DNA of 7,585 nucleotides from a virus (Duplodnaviria; Heunggongvirae; Uroviricota; Caudoviricetes): IMG/VR virus record IMGVR_UViG_2698536372_000007, positions 1 to 7,585 of that record; one strand, 5' to 3'. Shown piece by piece: positions 4,308 to 7,585 of this stretch (position 1 is its first letter; each line of letters starts with the position of its first letter). The notes under the pieces were generated by a model. It saw only the letters and a program-made list of their open reading frames with translations, ran no database searches and was not told where the DNA came from. The position numbers and the translations under genes were made by a program.

Positions 4308-6758
4308 TCAAAAATCAGCCTGACTCGGGAGCAGTTTTTGCCAGATGGCTGAAACGTATTTCGCCTGGTAACGTGCATCGTTCAGAGCGTTATGGCGTTC
4401 ACCTTCGAATGGAATAGTCGTTCTTGCGTCGAAATCCATCACCAGTCCCAGAGCAACCATCGTTCTTACATCGCGATCATTGGTGTAACGCCACGGGCAG
4501 GGGATCCCCTGCCGTTCATATGAACGGCGTAAAATCACGTTGTCGAAAGTTGCACCGTTACCCCAGACCTGAACAAAAAATTCACCGGAGTTTTCGTCGA
4601 TAAATTCCCGTAATTGCAGCAGTGCATCATCTAACGGGATTTCATCGGTAAGAATGGCGGATTGCGCTTCGCGTGACTGTTTCAGCCACCACTTAATGGT
4701 GTCCCGATCAATGACTCCGCCAGCAGTTTCCAGATCGATAGTTTTGCTGAATTCTGGCCCCATCTCTCCGGTTTGCGGATCGAAAAATATTGCACCTATT
4801 GAGATAATCGGGGCATCAGGATTTTTTCCCATGGTTTCAAGGTCGATCATCAGATGAATCCCCGCTCTGCTGGTGGATGTGAGATTATGATGACCGTTCG
4901 CCTTAATTAAGGGATCTGACGCCTCGCCAGTTTCACTATCGCTGGCATGATGCTGATTGCCGCCAGTGTTCTCCTTGTGCTGATGCGCAGTGCCTTCCAT
5001 TTCCTCCGGATCATTTTCCTGAACTTCAGGCTGATTCTCTTCATCGAATATTTCCTGGTATGTTGCGTCACTTATCACCGCACCACAATCAGGGCAGCTA
5101 CCGCCGCCGGTCTGACCGCAGGCGGTGCAGGCTTTTTCCGGCTCCTGTTTCGTTTCTGGCTCGTTTTGTTGCGCATTTGGGCTGTTTTGTTCCGTTTTCT
5201 GGTCGTTCTGTTCCGATTCTTGCTGGTTCTGGTTCACAGAATCGCAGGTTTCAATCCCCTTCACCCATTTCGGATCATTCGGATCGCTAATCCCTTCAAC
5301 AAATTCACCACGTGATGCAGCAAGCAATTTATCGGCGTCAGGCTGGCTGATATTGGCTGCCTGCATAATTTTGTTTACTTCGTCAGCGGTAACTTTTACC
5401 GGCTCCGGTTGTACGGAATCTTCAGCGGTATCCACATTTTGCGGTAAGTCCGTGTATGTTCCGTTTTTGCGGGCAAGATATTCTTCTTTCGTGATTTCAG
5501 TAGCCCCGGCAGCCAGTGCCTTATCCAGACCAGAAAGTTTGTTTGCGCGACCGTATTTTTCGCCATCCTTGTCGGTGAAGAGGAAGTAGAACGGCCCCTC
5601 ACGCTCTACAGATGGTTCGACTTCCACTTTGCATTCGGTTTTTTCGTTGTCCGGAATTGCCGTTTCCACTGCATCAGTTTCTGGTACTGGCGACGAGAGA
5701 GTATCAGTTGCGCTCTGATTTCTTCCTTCATCTTCAAACACGCCCTTTGTAGTCAGGTATTCAGTAATGTATTTGTTCAGTGCCACAGGGTCTTTGTGAA
5801 TGTCGATCGGACGTTCACGGACAAGGCCAAAAATAGTCTGGCGGCTGTAGCGAAGCGCATCAGGTTGTTTGCGCATTGATGCGGAGATGCGCTTCCAGTC
5901 TTCGCGATCTCTGGCGATAACTTCATTTTTAGCCCAGCGAAGGATGCTGCCGTCAATGTTTCCGGCATCCGCATCACCAGGCCAGAGATAGTAGGCCAGC
6001 TCCCTGTCCAGGGTTTTCCATGTCTGCTTGTATTCGCGATGAATGGCGGCAGTTACAGGAGGGATTTTTTCTGCTGGGTTTTCAGTGTGCTGTCGGTTGG
6101 CTTTGGCGCGGGCAAGATCAACAACAGACGTGTATTTTCCAGTCTCTTTGCGCTCTGCGTCCTGCCGTTTTTTCCAGTTACGTAATTCAGCCTGAATTTC
6201 GGGCCATTTGGTACCCGGCTTACATTTGTGTTTAACCCATCCGATAGCGAACAGTTTGCGTTCCGGATACATAGCTTTAATTTCAGGCGTTTTCATCAGT
6301 GCTTCAACGATATGCCCGTCAAAGGTAGCCACGTCTTCTTGCAGTAATTCCTGCGCGTCAATCGCCATATCAACGGTGATGTTTTCACATGTACCGAACT
6401 TAACCAGGACCGCGTTCTGTACTTCAAGGGACAGCTTGTCAAAATTGACGTTCATCGGATCGGATTCTGGTTCGACCGGAATAAAGGAAGCGGATTCCTC
6501 ATCCCAGCGGTTTTCCTGCATATATTCGGTATCCCAGGAGTCGATAGCAGGGCGGGGCATGCCGGGTTTATCTTCGCAGACAAGAAATTTATAAGCGCAG
6601 TCCTGAGCAGCAGGATATTGCTCCAGGAATTGCCAGGTAAATTTGGCACGGGCGCGGCGTTCATCACCGGCTTCAATGGCAGTGGCTACAGCAACTGCGC
6701 CCTCTTCTTTTATTGCCTGTTCGTCCGGAATGGCGGCGCAAATAAAGACTTTACTCAT
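4308..6758 (-). CDS. Exodeoxyribonuclease VIII-like multidomain protein, 816 aa, with C-terminal DEDDh (DnaQ-like) 3'-5' exonuclease domain
   Basis: ATG 6758 with GAGG 10 nt upstream; TGA 4308-4310. The C-terminal ~180 aa carry the three DEDDh motifs: MIDLET (Exo I), VWGNGATFDNVIL (Exo II), HNALNDARY (Exo III). A central CxxC-x9-CxxC motif (ACTACGQTGGGSCPDCG) is flanked by Q/N/E-rich low-complexity linkers. The N-terminal ~350 aa match what lambdoid prophage annotations label exodeoxyribonuclease VIII; that assignment is from memory only. Confidence 0.9.
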   Translation of the reverse strand: MSKVFICAAIPDEQAIKEEGAVAVATAIEAGDERRARAKFTWQFLEQYPAAQDCAYKFLVCEDKPGMPRPAIDSWDTEYMQENRWDEESASFIPVEPESDPMNVNFDKLSLEVQNAVLVKFGTCENITVDMAIDAQELLQEDVATFDGHIVEALMKTPEIKAMYPERKLFAIGWVKHKCKPGTKWPEIQAELRNWKKRQDAERKETGKYTSVVDLARAKANRQHTENPAEKIPPVTAAIHREYKQTWKTLDRELAYYLWPGDADAGNIDGSILRWAKNEVIARDREDWKRISASMRKQPDALRYSRQTIFGLVRERPIDIHKDPVALNKYITEYLTTKGVFEDEGRNQSATDTLSSPVPETDAVETAIPDNEKTECKVEVEPSVEREGPFYFLFTDKDGEKYGRANKLSGLDKALAAGATEITKEEYLARKNGTYTDLPQNVDTAEDSVQPEPVKVTADEVNKIMQAANISQPDADKLLAASRGEFVEGISDPNDPKWVKGIETCDSVNQNQQESEQNDQKTEQNSPNAQQNEPETKQEPEKACTACGQTGGGSCPDCGAVISDATYQEIFDEENQPEVQENDPEEMEGTAHQHKENTGGNQHHASDSETGEASDPLIKANGHHNLTSTSRAGIHLMIDLETMGKNPDAPIISIGAIFFDPQTGEMGPEFSKTIDLETAGGVIDRDTIKWWLKQSREAQSAILTDEIPLDDALLQLREFIDENSGEFFVQVWGNGATFDNVILRRSYERQGIPCPWRYTNDRDVRTMVALGLVMDFDARTTIPFEGERHNALNDARYQAKYVSAIWQKLLPSQADF

Positions 6759-6851
6759 TTTGTTTTAACCTCATTACAGATTTAAGGGTGAACAAATCCC
6801 TGCCATTGCTGGCATATAAAAATGAAACCGGATATTAATTACGGTGCTGTT

Positions 6852-7043
6852 TTAAAGTCCTGCCGGTATTTCGTTATTATTAGTGTGAGTAGTTTTATCT
6901 ACCGGATAACAGTTACCGGGAATTTTTTGTTCTGCTGCTGCAGCCATGCATTCTTTCATTGAACCGTATAAGCCAGTCACCAGCTCAAGAGATTCGCCGG
7001 AAACAAGATAAACTGTCAGAACGAGTGCAAATGTTGTATTCAT
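6852..7043 (-). CDS. Small hypothetical protein, 63 aa, with hydrophobic N-terminal segment
   Basis: ATG at 7043-7041 overlaps the stop of the upstream gene (ATGA), indicating translational coupling; AAGGA lies 8 nt upstream. N-terminus MNTTFALVLTVYLVSG is hydrophobic, with three Cys in the remainder. Not recognised as a known family. Confidence 0.5.
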   Translation of the reverse strand: MNTTFALVLTVYLVSGESLELVTGLYGSMKECMAAAAEQKIPGNCYPVDKTTHTNNNEIPAGL

Positions 7044-7228
7044 TGTTTATATCCTTTTTGCAGCAGGTCCAGACGAGCCAGCATTGAAGGAATGCATACT
7101 TCATTTAACAGGTCCTGCTCGAGTTTTCTCTGCTTAATGGCGTCTTCAATAAATGTTTTGTCTCCAGTGATAACGCCAATTTCGAAACGAAGTTCAGACG
7201 TGCTGGCATTACATGATAACTTTTCCAT
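7040..7228 (-). CDS. Small hypothetical protein, 62 aa (MEKLSCNASTSELRFEIGVITGDK...)
   Basis: Internal ATG at 7228 preferred over the 97-aa ORF start (7333) because GAGGA lies 7 nt upstream of it. Stop TGA 7040-7042 overlaps the next gene's ATG. Confidence 0.5.
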   Translation of the reverse strand: MEKLSCNASTSELRFEIGVITGDKTFIEDAIKQRKLEQDLLNEVCIPSMLARLDLLQKGYKQ

Positions 7229-7418
7229 TATCGCGTCCTCAACAATGAATTTTGTGATGCGGTGCCTGGTGCCTCCAGGTGACGTTAACCAGTTAACAAT
7301 TAACGCCGGATACAGAGAATCCACCCATAACACTGTTTTTGGTTTTAACTGTTCCGCGTGCGCTGAGCCGCATTCACCGCATCACAAAATTCACTTTTAA
7401 AAAAGGGCGGCAGAGCAG

Positions 7419-7585
7419 TCACGGAGTAAAACTGATACCGCCAAATGTCACCAGAATATTGATAACAGAGGGCGTTGTAGCGGGGGTTGAGGTGTACTGG
7501 CAATAGCGGACACTACCATTTGTTCTTTTTTTAAGCAGCCATCTGATGATATTTTTCCCTGAAGGCTGCCGGGGAGATATTCCCC
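7419..7585 (-). CDS. Partial CDS: 3' end of a minus-strand gene entering from beyond the window end; product unknown
   Basis: Minus-strand frame open from 7585 to TGA at 7419-7421 (...RWLLKKRTNGSVRYCQYTSTPATTPSVINILVTFGGISFTP*), with preferred enterobacterial codons (ATC, CTG, GGT, CGC). A second frame is open to 7448 but uses rarer codons, so the frame choice is uncertain. Confidence 0.25.
   Translation of the reverse strand, partial: GISPRQPSGKNIIRWLLKKRTNGSVRYCQYTSTPATTPSVINILVTFGGISFTP

Noticed and set aside
3998-4378. 126-aa version of the xis ORF starting at 4378
   Set aside because: The N-terminal 46 codons overlap the 3' end of the exonuclease gene by 70 nt and lack a ribosome-binding site. 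The internal start at 4240 gives an 80-aa protein beginning MYELTL, similar to lambda Xis.
4654-6676. Ten short ORFs on both strands inside 4308-6758
   Set aside because: All are embedded in or antisense to the 816-aa exonuclease gene, whose DEDDh motifs fix the true frame.
7040-7333. 97-aa version of the small ORF starting at 7333
   Set aside because: The internal ATG at 7228 has a GAGGA Shine-Dalgarno 7 nt upstream, whereas the 7333 start has none. The longer form cannot be excluded.
7092-7400. Plus-strand 102-aa ORF
   Set aside because: It is antisense to the 7040-7228 gene and has a Ser/Cys-rich, low-plausibility composition.
1-7585. CRISPR array, IS element or transposase, rRNA
   Set aside because: No regularly spaced direct repeats, no terminal inverted repeats flanking a transposase-like ORF, and no rRNA-like conserved stretches were seen.

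Overview
This window reads as the attachment-site region of a lambda-like (lambdoid) enterobacterial temperate phage or prophage. All calls come from reading the sequence and ORF track by eye and from remembered family signatures; no search, alignment or folding was run. Left to right: the 3' end of a +strand gene (1-66) and a small +strand ORF (104-373); a visibly AT-rich cassette of about 2 kb carrying a minus-strand 453-aa leucine-rich-repeat protein that looks like a GogB/EspK-type type III secretion effector (828-2189); an orphan C-terminal fragment of a tail-fibre assembly (tfa) gene ending at 2717; then an attP-like site (about 2720-2975) made of the 3'-terminal 60 nt of tRNA-Ser(UGA) with a terminator hairpin, flanked on both sides by TATACCAA(G) repeats. 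To the right is a minus-strand early-left operon: tyrosine integrase (3001-4020), overlapping excisionase (3998-4240), an 816-aa exodeoxyribonuclease VIII-like protein with a C-terminal DEDDh 3'-5' exonuclease domain (4308-6758), two translationally coupled small genes (6852-7043, 7040-7228) and the 3' end of a further gene running off the window. I found no rRNA, intact tRNA, CRISPR array or IS element. The points most worth a second look are that the effector cassette and int are separated only by an apparently complete att site, the tfa remnant, two long palindromes upstream of the effector gene, the exonuclease architecture, and the small coupled gene pair. I cannot show that any of these is a previously undescribed system.
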